From assembly GCA_043228905.1 (NCBI GenBank), contig JBHGNT010000022.1:3286001-3350000 (forward strand): a stretch of 64,000 bases of DNA, in the 5' to 3' direction. The stretch comes from Azolla caroliniana. Its lineage: Eukaryota; Plantae; Polypodiophyta. This document shows positions 48,701 through 60,763 of this stretch, in pieces; the first letter of the stretch is position 1; each line of letters begins with the position of its first letter. Below the pieces are notes generated by a model. That model did not search any database, had not been told where the DNA came from, and saw only the letters and a list, made by a program, of their open reading frames with translations. The position numbers and the translations under genes are program-made.

Positions 48701-51179
48701 CCACCGAGAGACTGATGCGGCATTGGGCCACAGACGTCCGAGTGGACCAAATCGAGAGGTCTCGATTCTCTTGGTGCTGATGTCGGGTGTGATGTGGCTG
48801 CTTGTTTGCCATACTGGCAATGCTCGCAGAATTGATGGTCGGAGAAGGAGAGTTTGGGGATGTATCCGGCTCTAGATAGGTGCGTGATGCCGGCCTTGCT
48901 GAGGTGTCCTAATCTTCGGTGCCATAGTGATGACACAGGAATATCCACCAAAAACAGGTTACCCTCTCTGAGCGTAACATGTAACGGATACAGGGAGTGT
49001 ATCTTGGGTCCTCTAGCAAGCAGGAGGTTCCCCCTGTGGAGTGTCCACCCTCCCGAAGAAAAACCGGCACGAATGCCGTCTTCATCTAGTTGTCCGACTG
49101 AGATCAATGGCCGTGAGAGCTCGGGTACATGTCGGACATTGTGGAGTACAAGTGTAGAGCCACCTGCAAGGTTGAGCTCTACTGTGCCGATTCCGATGAT
49201 GTCACAGTGTTGCGAGTTACCGACCCGAACTGAGTCGGAGTGACGGATCGTGTATTGCCGAAATTGGGATCGATGAGGAGTCACGTGAAACGACGCGCCC
49301 GAATCCAAGAGCCATGTGCTCGATTCTTCAGTCGTGAGCAGAACTTCTGAGCCAACTGGATTTTCGATTGATAGTATGTTCGGGTCGTCTGGTAGCACAT
49401 CAGCTGAGAAGCTGACGTAATTGATCTCCTCATGCCGGCCACTCTTCTTGTTGTTCTTGTTCTTGAGTGCGCGGCAGTCGGCTTTGATGTGTCCGGGTTT
49501 CTTGCAGTAGTTGCAGATTCGGTTATCCCGTGACTGGCTCCGTCTTCGCTGATTGTTCGGCGGCCGTGAGGAATCTCTTCCTCGTATGTTCGATCGGTCT
49601 GTCGAACCTTGTACTACGTAAGCGTCGTCTGTTGAGTCTTTGGCGAAAGACTTTCTCCGAGCTGCTTCGGTCAGGATTGCGCTCGTGACTTCGGAGTATT
49701 TGACAGCCGTGGTTGACGCGTTGCACACGGTTGTGACGAAAGTTTCCCATGATGAGGGAAGGCTGCTCATGAGTATCATTGCTCTGAGTTCATCCTCGAT
49801 TGCCGTCCCCTGTGACGAGATTTGGGAGCTTATGCTTTCGTACTCATTGAGGTGTGCTTGAACCGAGTCGGATTCTTTCATCCGCAAGTTGTAGAGGCGC
49901 CGGATCAGAAACATCTTTGTTGCGGCGACCTTCTTTTCGTAAGTGTCCGACAGTGTTTTCCACAGTTCAAATGCTGTCGTACACGATTGCACCGTAAAGT
50001 ATACCGATTCCGATAGGTGCATCCGAATCGTGGCGCGGACGATTCTGTCCAGCTTCTGCCACTCAATTGGTTTGTATCCTTCTGGAGGTTCTTCATTTTC
50101 GATGGGATCGATTTGCCCCTTGACTATGAGATAGTCTTGCATTTGTTCCTTCCAGAAGTTGAAGTTCGATCCATCGAACTTTCGTAGACTCATTTCTGAC
50201 GAGCCGGATGTTGATGCCATCAAATTCGGTTTTGGTTAACGAAGCTCGGTTCGGAGTTGACTACGGACCTTGTTGGAGTGCAGCCGGTTGGCTCACCCGA
50301 TATTGTTCTAGTCGGGTTTGAACCCGAGTCGGTTCGGCTTCGGAACTTGCTCGAATTGACTTCGGTAGCTTGAGGGACAGAGCCGACTGGTCTTCCCGAA
50401 TGTTGCCGAGTCGGAGTGAGCCCGGTTCGTTTCGGATATATATGCCGAATACCGATTATTAAAACCGATTATCTGAACCGATTTTGCTTCGGTTGACTGC
50501 AGCAACGAGAGAGACGGATCCAACTGATCCTCCTAAATGTCGATCAGCCAGATGAAGCATGAATTTGGGGTTGCTGTCTTGAGACCGATCTGCACCGAGT
50601 GGTTACAACGAGCGGCGAGCAGCGTTCAGTGACCTTTTCGGATGCCGTTTAACCGAGTGGAGCACGATCGTGTCAATGTTGAACAAGGGGATTTCACCTC
50701 GAGCGGTTACGATCACTAGGAACGGAGTACAACCTGCTGGCTTACTCCAAGCAAGATAATCTAACGCGATGAGATGCAAACCTGGTTTTTTTCTTCTTCT
50801 CCTCTCTTCTTCGAATGACGCAGGAAACCGAATGCAGAGACGACGGCCGACAGCGGATTGAGGGACCGACTGCTGTGCAGGCTCTGATACCAGATGTTGG
50901 AAGTAATGTCGTCTGTGCGGAAGATCTTGAAGCACTCGATTCCTGTTTATTCTCCTGCGTATGACAGAATGTAGGTCGTTGCACAGAGAGAGAGAGAGAG
51001 AGAGAGACACAAAAGAGTTTCTTATTTCATAAAGCAACCATACAACAACCAACCCCACAAAGAGGTTACAAGGTCACTATATATAGTGACTGACTTAGGG
51101 CAACTACCCTTTATGCTAATTACACAAATGGCCAAAACGGGATAGTGTGAATACGTCCATTATACACATGTATTCGACA
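45729..51179 (-). mobile_element. intact young Ty1/Copia LTR retrotransposon
   Basis: 285-bp LTRs 45729-46013 and 50895-51179 differing only in the GA/CA microsatellite; TSD GTCTC both sides; PBS at 50881-50892; PPT at 46014-46020. Confidence 0.98.
46207..50223 (-). CDS. Copia gag-pol polyprotein, 1338 aa, uninterrupted
   Basis: gag, CNYCKKPGHIKADC knuckle, WLLDSGASFH protease, HHCC and DDE integrase (RTDNGGEF), RT YVDD, RNaseH KHIDVRYHF. Confidence 0.97.
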   Translation of the reverse strand: MMASTSGSSEMSLRKFDGSNFNFWKEQMQDYLIVKGQIDPIENEEPPEGYKPIEWQKLDRIVRATIRMHLSESVYFTVQSCTTAFELWKTLSDTYEKKVAATKMFLIRRLYNLRMKESDSVQAHLNEYESISSQISSQGTAIEDELRAMILMSSLPSSWETFVTTVCNASTTAVKYSEVTSAILTEAARRKSFAKDSTDDAYVVQGSTDRSNIRGRDSSRPPNNQRRRSQSRDNRICNYCKKPGHIKADCRALKNKNNKKSGRHEEINYVSFSADVLPDDPNILSIENPVGSEVLLTTEESSTWLLDSGASFHVTPHRSQFRQYTIRHSDSVRVGNSQHCDIIGIGTVELNLAGGSTLVLHNVRHVPELSRPLISVGQLDEDGIRAGFSSGGWTLHRGNLLLARGPKIHSLYPLHVTLREGNLFLVDIPVSSLWHRRLGHLSKAGITHLSRAGYIPKLSFSDHQFCEHCQYGKQAATSHPTSAPRESRPLDLVHSDVCGPMPHQSLGGASYFVTFIDDSTRKVWAYPIRTKDRVFSIFTDWLAMVENQTDRKLKCLRTDNGGEFKSEEFVKFCRQRGIRREFTAPHSPEQNGIAERMNRTIQERTVSMLQHSGLSDGFWAEALLTAVHIINMSPSRPLGLQIPQELWIGSKPNYDKLRIFGCEAYTLIPKDDRRKLAPRSRKCIFLGYGSNGEMGYRLWDPERRQIVRSSDVVFNESAMNPSVEKPIEVRRVTFSDVPTLQEGPALNTRSASRVAEPYTTDSDNSDSAQQNNPLSDHPTTIPDATSPIMPRRSERLSQPPERYSPGIFFTDAGEPTSYEEASTSVDSATWHLAMESEMHSIRANKTWDLVELPRNRRALPCKWVYRLKETSDSTTPKYKARLVAKGFRQEYGVDFDEIFSPVVKMTTLRFLLGVVAADNLELIQLDVKTAFLHGDLDEEIYMEQPKGFVATGQEHLVCRLRKSLYGLKQAPRQWYKKFDDFITSIGFSKSDEDHCLFTNTAQDGSPIFLIIYVDDMLISGRHAGELADLIRQLRLKFAMKDLGPARHILGMKISRHRDKRHLFLSQTDYIGRVLERFNMQSAKSASTPLPMNLRLSQRDCPTSGPEGEDMKSVPYAPAVGSLMYLMVATRPDISHAVGVVSRFMHNPGRSHWNAVKHVFRYLAGTKDHGILFGPNRTSGVVGYTDSDFAGCIDSRKSTTGYCFKFGNGAISWKSKLQECTATSTTEAEYVAASDAAKEALWLGRLAHTFRQVDHDSAPVVYSDSQGAVALSKNPVHHNASKHIDVRYHFVRDCVISGKIGLEKISTTDNVADGMTKCLSADRFRSLRHQMGVTANQSG

Positions 51180-52069
51180 GTCTCGACATTTCTGGCTTCG
51201 GATCCTTCATCCTTGGCTCCTCCTGCTGTTGCACTAGGGCTCTGTCTGGCTCCGCCGGTCAGACTTATTCTGGATGTTCTAGTCGGGCTTCGTTTGGTTG
51301 GCCTCCTCCGGTCCTGGCTACATTCAGTGGCTGCTCTGGAGATTGCCCTCCGTCACTAATGTTAATTGTCGTTGACATTTGCGATGTTATCTGCCGTCTT
51401 CGCTCCCGTTTGTATCGCTCGAACTGGAGTTGAGTGCCAAGCTGGTCATCATCCACTTGTTCTACCAACTGCCTTACAACCGCCAATTATTCTCCTGCCA
51501 GGGACAAGAAATTGTCTGACAAATCCTCCCGGATGGTTACAATGCTCTCTGCATCCATCTTGTAGAAGTTGTCACTGTCCTTTCTCCGGTTTTCCGCATC
51601 CGCTTGCAGCGTCTGTAATTGCATTGAGCTTTCATCAATCATACTCTTTGTCCTTTCTTTCCATCCTAGCACAATGGTGCGGATCCGGTTGAGCCCCGTC
51701 TTGGATTTTTCCTCCTCAACCTGCTTTTCCTCCTTTAACTTCTATATCAGGCCTGTGGTTGCCCGTGGTTGCACCTCATATTCCAGCAATTGGGTATGAT
51801 ACGTTGTATGAACCCTATTCAAAGTGAATTTTGCTTGTTCCATCTCGTCATAGTGTTGTCTGGTAAGCACAACCCTTTCTCTTGCCGCTTGCTCTAGCAA
51901 CTTTGCTGACTCGACCGCCTTTGTTCGTTCTTCCGACAATGCCTCCGTTTTTTTGGTTACTTTATTTCGGAGTTCTTCAGTTGTGGCGAACAACCGACCC
52001 TGTTATGCTCTCTCTTCCACTTCAATTTGGCTTACAACCTCGGCTACCTGCTCTCCGATCCATTGCAAC

Positions 52070-52361
52070 TGTTGCGAATCAAGCTCAACTTGGTCTAGTG
52101 TGTGAACTCACCTTGAGAGTGAAGAGACACTCCAACGGTCAAGAGTCACCATTATGTCACCACTTTGTATTCTAGCATTTAGTATGAGTCATAGAATCAT
52201 ATTCTATGACACATAACTTATGAGCTTTCAAATTCCCCATGCTCCATGAGCCTTGTAGTTAATGAAGAGAGAGGGTGACTACATAAAGCACCCTCCTCCC
52301 ACCTTGTATAGTGTTGAGTCTTTCTCCTTTGTCAATATACTTTTACCTTGCGTATTCTCTG

Positions 52362-52402
<41 letters not shown>

Positions 52403-52446
52403 CACACATAACTCACATCTCTTCCGCTTCACAAGAATCCATCTCT
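52070..52446 (+). mobile_element. 3'-truncated solo LTR of the Copia-1 family
   Basis: TGTTGCGAATCAAGCTCAACT... aligns with 1780-2164; last ~12 bp and matching TSD missing. Confidence 0.88.
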
Positions 52447-54729
52447 CCACAAACCCTTGTTGTATTGTTGTCTTTAACGACAACTCCTTCTCTTGTTGTG
52501 CCTGTCGACCCGGTGAGATTGGTACTTCTATTATCGTGACTGGCCAAACAAGCTCGGTTTCCTTCCTTGGCTCTGGTCCCTTGGAGCGGGGTGTCGGTGT
52601 GATGTCCTTTACCGAACTTGATTCGTCCCCCTTCTGCTCCGCGTCGCTTCTCTTCTGGCAACGTAGGAGAGTGTCGGCGGGTTCTTCCTCCGCCTCCTCC
52701 TCTTGGGTTCCCATGTTTATCCCTTGAGCCAAGTTAGGCGGCTCTTGCTCTTGTTGGCGCAATTTGATTTTAAGAGGCCTAACCGGTTGCTCTATCGATG
52801 CCTCTGTCTCCGCTTGCCGCTTCCGACTGGGCTGCTCCTTTTCTTTCTGTGATGAACCTCCCTCTGTCCAACTGGGAGTGTGCTTGGCAAGGAGTTGTTG
52901 CCGCTTTGAGGGCTTGTTTGGTGTCGTATCGGCCATTCGGCCCCGCTTCTTTGCCTTTAATGTCGGCATCGGCGGTACCAGGAGAGTGAACCATTGAGCC
53001 ACTACTATCCACACCTTCTTACCATCTACCACCGATTGTATGGTCACTCGCAAACAATCAACGATGATTACCGAGCAATCCACCTCTACCCTTCGTATGT
53101 GGCGATGATGATTCTGGCTTTGTTCTTTGGCATTGCCGAGGGTCAGGGGTGCACGAACCCATACTCGTGGAGCACACGAGCTACTTCTCGGAACAAGGCA
53201 TTGTTGTCGCCTTGTGTCCGGTATGCTTTGCTGGCCAGGGAGTACTCTCTGAAGAACTTCATCAACGTCTCTAGGGAAGGATTCTCAATGGAGTAGATCC
53301 CTCCCTCCGGCAATCCGATTAAGGCGCGGATGACCTCCTCCGTGATTACTTCTAGGTCGATCTTCTTCATGCGGAGGTGCCTCTGCTATCCATAGGAAGC
53401 CCTCCAAGCCATGTTGAGTGAACCATATCTTGGCAGTCTCGGAAAGCGCCATGGGTTCTAGCGTGTCCTCTGTTGTGGTGGTGGTGGGGAGCTTTTGGTG
53501 TGCCTGTGGTAGCTTCTTGCGTTTGCCTAATCACATGTATCTGCCTCTGTGTGCTAAGTGCTCTGTGTTCGCGATATGAGAGAGTCTCTGTTATGCGGAG
53601 GTTTTGTGTTCCCATCTTTGCCGCCTTTTCTCGATTTGTGTGCATGCATGTCGTTGCTTTAATAGTGGCTGTGTGTTGCGTGGTGTGGTTTAATTGGCTG
53701 ACGTCACACCGTCTTGAGGTGTCTGTTCATTTTTTAATGGCCTTCATTTTTCTCTTCTTTTCTTTTTGCCTGCAGTCGCCGCGTCTTTACTCCTCGCCCC
53801 TGCATGATGGTTTTTTTTTTCACACGCATGGTATTCTAAACCCTTGTATTTGGCAACACTAGATTCGTTGAATGTTCCTCCTCTTGGTTGTCGGCTATCC
53901 GCTTGCCATTCCCGATTTCTGCTTCGGCATTCGGTTGTTTGAACGGGCTCCGGTGTTGGTATGTGGTCTAACTCGTCGTCTTCCGGGTCGTTTGGGGTAT
54001 CATGGCTACTACGATAATTCAATTGGATGTTATGTTCGCCGTCCAAATCCGATTCGATGGCGGAGAAGGCTTCTGAACTGCCGTCTCTTGCGGCAAGTGT
54101 CTGTAGAATGGACTCCGCTTCCTACAGACTGCTCAGACTACTTCCTTCGTCCGGGTGGTGGTTCTGTTGCAATCGGAGTGACTCTTCCGCGACTTGCCGA
54201 ATCACTCTGGAAAAAGACCAATCCGACTGGATCTCCTCCGCCGCCTGTTGGTAAGCCTCCTGCTTCTGCAATCTCTCGGCCAGTCTTTTTGCTGAAGAAA
54301 CAACATTGAGCGAGGATACCGACTGGAATGGAAACAATCGAGAAGCGAACGAACTTGGATACAGATTGAGGATCAAGTGAGAAGCACAGGAGCAAGGATG
54401 AGCGGATGACAACAAATCGACACAAGGCCAAAATCGAGAATCTGACTTTAGTCGACTCCGACAAACAAGCTGATTCGAACGGAAGACAACTCAACCGACT
54501 CGAACCAACTGAAACTTGAGATTAGTTGAACTAAGGTAGACTTCGATTTTACCTTTGTTGACTGACTTGTAACATAAATTTAGATTAATTTTGTAATCTA
54601 GGCTTATAGGGGAGATAACCCCAAATCACTTGTATACGTAGGAAAGAGTAGTCGTTTTACAAGGGAGTTTGTTGTCATAAAGGCAAACTCCTTCTACTTT
54701 GTATCTTGGCGTGAACACCAAGGAGAGAA

Positions 54730-55836
54730 AAATCCCATGCCAGATTGAAGTTCAAAGGTAAGCTAACATGCTTTTATTGTGGAAAACCTGGACACTTCCA
54801 GAAGGACTACTGACATCTTAAGAAGGACAAGAGTGTCGGTAATAATGTCGAACCCAGGAAGATTCCTGATGAAAAGGGCACTTCGGCCATTGCTACGACC
54901 AATGAAGAACTTTTGTTCATTTGTGAACAGACAAGTGCAAACCTAGTGAGTGAAGAATATACTTGGGTGATCAACTCCGGTGCATCTTTCCATATAACTC
55001 CGTCGAGAGAGTATTTCTCAATTTATAGAGTTGGGGATCATGGTTATGTAAAGATGGGTGACAATGGAGAGTGCAAGATAGCTAGAGTCGGAAGTGTCAG
55101 CTTGACGATGTCGACAGGGTGTCGACTGACCCTGAAGGAAGTTCGACATGTCATGAAATGTAAGGAGTACACTTGGAGAAGTGTGTCATTTGCTTAGTCG
55201 AAAAGCAGAATAGAGCAGCATTCCACACGAGACCACCAAGGAGAAGAGAAGTTGCACTGGAACTAGTCCACACAGACGTGTGCTATGTGGATGCTCCATC
55301 TCATCGGGGTGGACAATAATTTGTAATGTTTATTGATGACTATAGTCGGAAGACATGGGCCTTTGTACTGAGGTCGAAGGATCAAGTACTGTTGTTCTGC
55401 AAGGAATTCCAGGCAAGAGCTGAACGGGAGTCAAGTCGGATTGTAAATAACCCATTTTGTATATTAGTAAAAATACACCCGGGGCAAACTGTAGAGTTGA
55501 GCAGAATAGTGTGTGTTGTGTATAGTGTAGAATCGTGAAACGCGTACGTGAGAGACAAAAGAGAGCGAGAGAGTAAGCGGCGCCATAACTACGAAACTTT
55601 GAACGCCAAGAGCCTTGGGAGGCTATTACACTCTATAGACATAGTGTTGTGACATGTTCTGGCATGTATATTCTTGATATAGTGGAATCTTTGTTCCCGT
55701 GGTTTTCCCCGTTTAGGGTTTCCACGCAAATAATTGTGTACTGTGCATTTGCTATTTTCACGTGTGTTGTGTATTTCGAGTTAGTCTTTCTCACATATTT
55801 GAGATTCGATGCTCATCAAACAGTCCTCCGATCAAC
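54730..55836 (+). mobile_element. deleted Copia remnant (Zn knuckle, protease, integrase) with LTR-like segment 55442-55836
   Basis: CFYCGKPGHFQKD, WVINSGASFH, FIDDYSRKTW; TGTAAAT...TCAACA segment with GTGGTTTTCCCC...GGGTTTCCACG. Confidence 0.75.
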
Positions 55837-55849
55837 AATTACCACATTA

Positions 55850-57659
55850 TGAATGACAATTACTTGACTCTATTTTAGATGATTTTCAAGACATGTTTCC
55901 TAATGAATTGTCGTTTACTTTACCACGAAAATGTAATGTGCACCATCATATTGAACTCATCCCCAGTGTTGCTCCTGTGTGCATTCCACCTTATCAACTT
56001 AGTCGATTAGAAGAGGATGAGACCGCTAAACAACTTAATGAATACTTGAGAATGGGCTACATTAGGTATTAATAGTAAATCACCTTGGGATGCACCAATT
56101 CTGTTAGTTAAGAAGAAGGAAGGTTCATGGTGAATGTGTATCAATTATCATCGTTTGAATAAAACTACAATAAAAAAGACATGTATCTGTTACCTCGTGC
56201 CAATGATTTGATTGATTGTTTGCATAGGTCCTGATATTTTACGAAAATTGACTTACGAACAAGTTATCATCAAATTTGCATTGCCGAAGATGATATTCCT
56301 TAAACCACTTTTCGTACGCACTATGGCCATTATGAGTTTTTAGTCGTGCCTTTCGGGTTGACTAATGCTCCAACCACATTCCAACAAAGCGATGAATGAC
56401 GTTTTCCGAGATAAACTCGGTGATTTTGTTACCGTCTTCTTGGATGATATTATCATATATAGCCATACCTTGCAAGATCATGTTCAACATGTTTGATTTG
56501 TTTTGTAAAAGTTGCGTGACGACTCTTTCTATGCAAACCATTCAAAATGTGATTTTTTCCAAAAATCTACTATGTATCTAGGTCATTTAATTACGAAAAC
56601 TGACGTTGAAATGGACCTTCTCGTATTGAAAAGGTTGGCCCATTCCCTGTAATATTCGTGAACTTCGCTCATTCTTAAGATTTGTTGGATTTTTACGTTG
56701 TCGTGCCTATTGGCTCCAGATCGTTGCGTGAGTCCTCCTTGTCCCATTCGGAGGAACAAAAATGCAATTTTCATGTAGTGTGCGAATTACACTACGACAA
56801 TGTAACTCAATGCGTAACTATTCCAAATTGACGACACCATTAATTGACCTTTTAAAAGATCATCCACGTAAGTTTGTCAAACCAATTTCATGGGATGGAA
56901 AACTTCACACATCATTTGAGACACTCAAAGAGTATGTGTGTCAAGCTCCTACTCTTCTATTACCGGACCCTTCCAAGCCTTTGTCAATTGAACCGATGCT
57001 AGTGATTATGCTATTGATGGTGTTGTCCTTTATCAAGACGGTCATCCTATTGCTTTTGAAAGTAAAAAGCTTGATGCTACTCAATCTTGGTATTCGGTTC
57101 AAGGGAAAGAATTGTTCACGGTAATACATGCACTAAAAACATGGAGGCATTATCTCTATGGAAATCAATTTGTGGTTACAACGGACCGTCAATCATTGAA
57201 GTATTCTTGTGACCAGCGAGATCTTGTTGGTCGTAAAGGCCGTTGGGTGCCCTTATGCAAGATTTTGATTTTTCCATATGATATCGCAAGGGTTCTATGA
57301 ACACCGTTGCGGATGCTCGTAGTCGCATTAAAGAAGTTAACATGCTTAGCTTCACGGAAATAAAATATGATCTTTTAGATTATCTTCGAGGGAAATATCT
57401 TGATGACAGTTATTTCTCGAAATACTCGACGAAAGCCGAATTTGGTTTAGATGTCGTTACTAACACCCTACCCTCGAAGGTAACCTTTATCATTACAAAC
57501 GGTTTGCCCTACCGTAGTGGAAAGGTCTATGTTCTAGATTTACCAAATGTAAAACAAAAAAATCTTCATACATGTCATGATGCACCATCGGTTGGTCATC
57601 ATGGAATACAACACACTCATTCTCATGTTGAGTACTTTTTTCTAGCCTAAGATGCGCTC
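55850..57659 (+). mobile_element. degenerate Ty3/Gypsy pol (RT, RNaseH, integrase Zn region)
   Basis: [65 protein letters not shown]; many stops; cut at 57660 by the hAT element. Confidence 0.88.
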
Positions 57660-60600
57660 CATGGTTATAACATACGTAGCATACCATACACGTGCAATAC
57701 GTATGTTACGTATTTTATAAGTACTCTAAATTTTTATTATAAGTTCTTTGAATACGTATTTAAAGGTTGAATACGTTGAATATGTGGTTGAATACGTCAA
57801 ATACTTGAACACGTTACACCATTGATGTTGAATGCAAAGATACTTGGAATTTGATTAGTAAATACAAATTATCTTTATTTCCCTTGGATAACACATGGTT
57901 ATCTATGTTTCAACTTTCAATATTTTAAAATGAAAGTGGAGATTCAAGAACATAATTGAAGTTTGAATCAAAACGCATATTATTTCAACCCTCATAGAAA
58001 ATGAATAAAGTGATAAAAAAACTATTAGAATTTAAAACTTTCTTCATACTCATAGTAAAAACCAACAATACATTATCTCCATGCAATTTTCGATTATGTT
58101 TCTTCTTCTACATCATCATTAGAAGATTTCGTTGTTGTACCATCATAGTTGTCCACATAATCGCTATCAGAAGATGAATCAAGTATGACATTGTCAATGT
58201 CTTCATCCTCTTGATCTCCATCATCATTACCATATTCAACATTGCAAGCCTCAGTTGTAGTTTGTCAAGTATTTACCCTTCTTGTACTTGCAACTCTCGC
58301 ACAAACTCTTCTAATAGTGCTAGAACTTGACCCCACCAATCCTTCATCCACTATCATATTGGCAAACTTAGATCTACTTCGAGTAACCCGACCAATATGC
58401 ATAGCCTCTGCTTCCTCAAAATATGCTTGTGCGGCTTGAGTATCAATATTGGTTGTTGATGGAGGCATTTCAGCAATCTTGTCAATGTCTATCTCATCAG
58501 GATTTACCTAAATCAAATAATATTTTGGTATCATAATCATGATTCATAATATTTAAACCATAACCAATTAACAAGGTTCGTTAATTAACCTACAAATGTT
58601 TTTTTAAACATCAAGTGTCAAACATGAGTAAGAAAGATGTAGACTTGCATTGGAAGACCAACATGAGTTTGAAAGCGTCAAACAAGCCTTACGTTTTCTC
58701 TAACATATACTAATCTCTCCACTTGTTTCACTTTCAAACGGTTCCTCCTTTTTGTATGTGCCAATGCATGTGCATTCCAATTTCTTTCGACAGCTCCAGA
58801 AGAGCAATCCTATGACACAAAATATTAAGCAAACAATACATGTCATTGTAGAAGATTAATAAAATTGAAACATTAATAAAAAATGAACTATAATACCTGA
58901 GACTATACTCTACAAGCTAATGATTGTAGTAAGGGCACATTGTCCCCATATCTTTCCCACCATGAAACAGGTTTACATTTTGCAATGTGTGACTTTGATA
59001 GTTCATTGCTAAATCGGCCCACACCATTTCTATACATGTCAAATTGATCTTGCAAGATTTCACATTCATCTATAGAATATACCTTTTGAATATATGCAAG
59101 CCATCCATCAGTCATCTCTGCATTCATAATAATTGGTTGATCTTTGGGCTTCCATAAAGGATGCAAAATATGTGCAACAATATGAATTGGCTTTTTTGAA
59201 CCACGACCAACGACAATCAAAACATTCCAAAACCTCTTTATATCTGCATTAACATTTGGCAAACTTAAATCAAAAGTGGAAATCAGTTACCAAAATATGC
59301 ATAATATAGACAACAACAATGATTCAAAGAAATGAAAAAGATGCAATAAACAACAATTGTACATACTACATACATAGTGCATAGAAATAATAATATTAGA
59401 ATAGAAACGTATTACTTGTCCTTGTTTAATGTGTCTTCTCTCGCTCCTCGTTGCAACGTGTCTCTAGCCCTCCTCATGAACTCATAAAGTAAGCCCATTG
59501 TAGATCCTTCACGATCAGTTAACCGCAAAACAAAAAACAATGGACACATAATTGAAATTACAATCATAATTGAAGGCAAAGTAGAGCTATCTTGCACAAT
59601 GGACTTCACCTTGATAACATTTGGCTTTTTGGAGTCACTCCAATACTCCCAATAGTTACTAACCATAGTTTGTTCAAGGGCTCTCCAAACTCTTGCCAGC
59701 CTCTCAAGGACAATAAGAATATAGCCAAATCGAGTGGCACTTGGCCTAAGGAGCACAAGAGATGAATAGTTGCTGAAATTTTTTCGTGCATTCCTTTTCT
59801 TGGTGAATAGTCTAACCACATAATTTGCTCTCTTGTGCACTCCTCGAACCCAAGACAACTTCCCAATGTCCTCTAGCAATAAATCTAAACAATGTGATGC
59901 ACAAGGAGTCCATACAAGGCTTGGGAATTCAGTCTCTAGAATGTGACCCATGCTAACACAATTCGATGCATTGTCAGTGACAATTTGCACCACATTTTCT
60001 ACTTTTACTTCATTTACTATAGTTGATAGCATTTCAGCCAACCATGGACCATCGACCCTTGTAGAAACACCACTACAATCAATAGTTTTAAGGTACAAAG
60101 TGCCATAACAACATGAGACTAAAATATTCACAAGTGCACGCTTGCTAGTGTCAATCCATCCATCTGAAAGTATGGTAACTCCATATTTTGGCCAAAGGGC
60201 TTTCACATTTTCCACTTTGTGTTGCACATTCAAATGCTCTTTCTTTAAATATTTAACTCTTAAATCATTGTAGGCAATACCACTATACTTTTCCCCAATA
60301 TCAAAGAAAGCTAACAACATGTTCCTCCAACATGACATTTTCAAAAGATTAAATGATAGATTACCTTCCACAATGCATCTAACCAACATTGTGTTTGCAT
60401 GGTCTTTCTTGATCAACATAGCAGCACTTGATCCTCTCCTTATTGTGCTTTGAGTGAGACTTTTTCTTCTTGAACCTTTTGTATCTTCAATATCAATAGG
60501 AATTTGGTCTATTGAATCCTTCTTAGATGAGGCACTTATGCTAGCCATTGAAGGTTGTGATTGGAACATTGAATCAACCATTGAATCCACCATGCCTTCT

Positions 60601-60763
60601 TGAAGCTCAATTTGTTGTTCCATGGCTTCCACTTCTTTAATGCATTTTAGCTTCTTGCGAGTCAATTCACTTTCTTGTGCTACCGCCATAGCCTCTTGAT
60701 ATGCCTCTAGAGTTATTTGCACACACTTTTCTATACCTTCACCTTTAATTCCAGCAAGGTGAG
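57660..60763 (-). mobile_element. hAT-superfamily DNA transposon (3' end plus transposase), 5' part displaced by a Copia insertion
   Basis: terminus CATGGTTATAAC with ATACGT subterminal repeats at 57660-57820; transposase gene adjacent. Confidence 0.8.
58094..60763 (-). pseudogene. hAT transposase (BED finger remnant, DUF659-type core, dimerisation domain), spliced, disrupted at its 5' end
   Basis: HLAGIKG...C; TILSDGW; VVQIVTDNASN; WTPCASHCLDLLLEDIG; RPSATRF; PVSWWERYG...LQSLA; SSGAVERNW...KRRNRL. Confidence 0.88.

Larger units (their letters stand above)
45090..54575 (-). mobile_element. unidentified retroelement-like host segment with degenerate accessory ORF (conserved-looking N domain, disordered linker, coiled coil), interrupted by Copia 2 and a solo LTR
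   Basis: minus-strand ORF pieces at 53370-53143, 53083-52450 and 52070-51265, continuing across the TSD to ~45715; ITEEVIRALIGLP resembles LTR-element accessory ORFs; ends not resolved. Confidence 0.5.
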
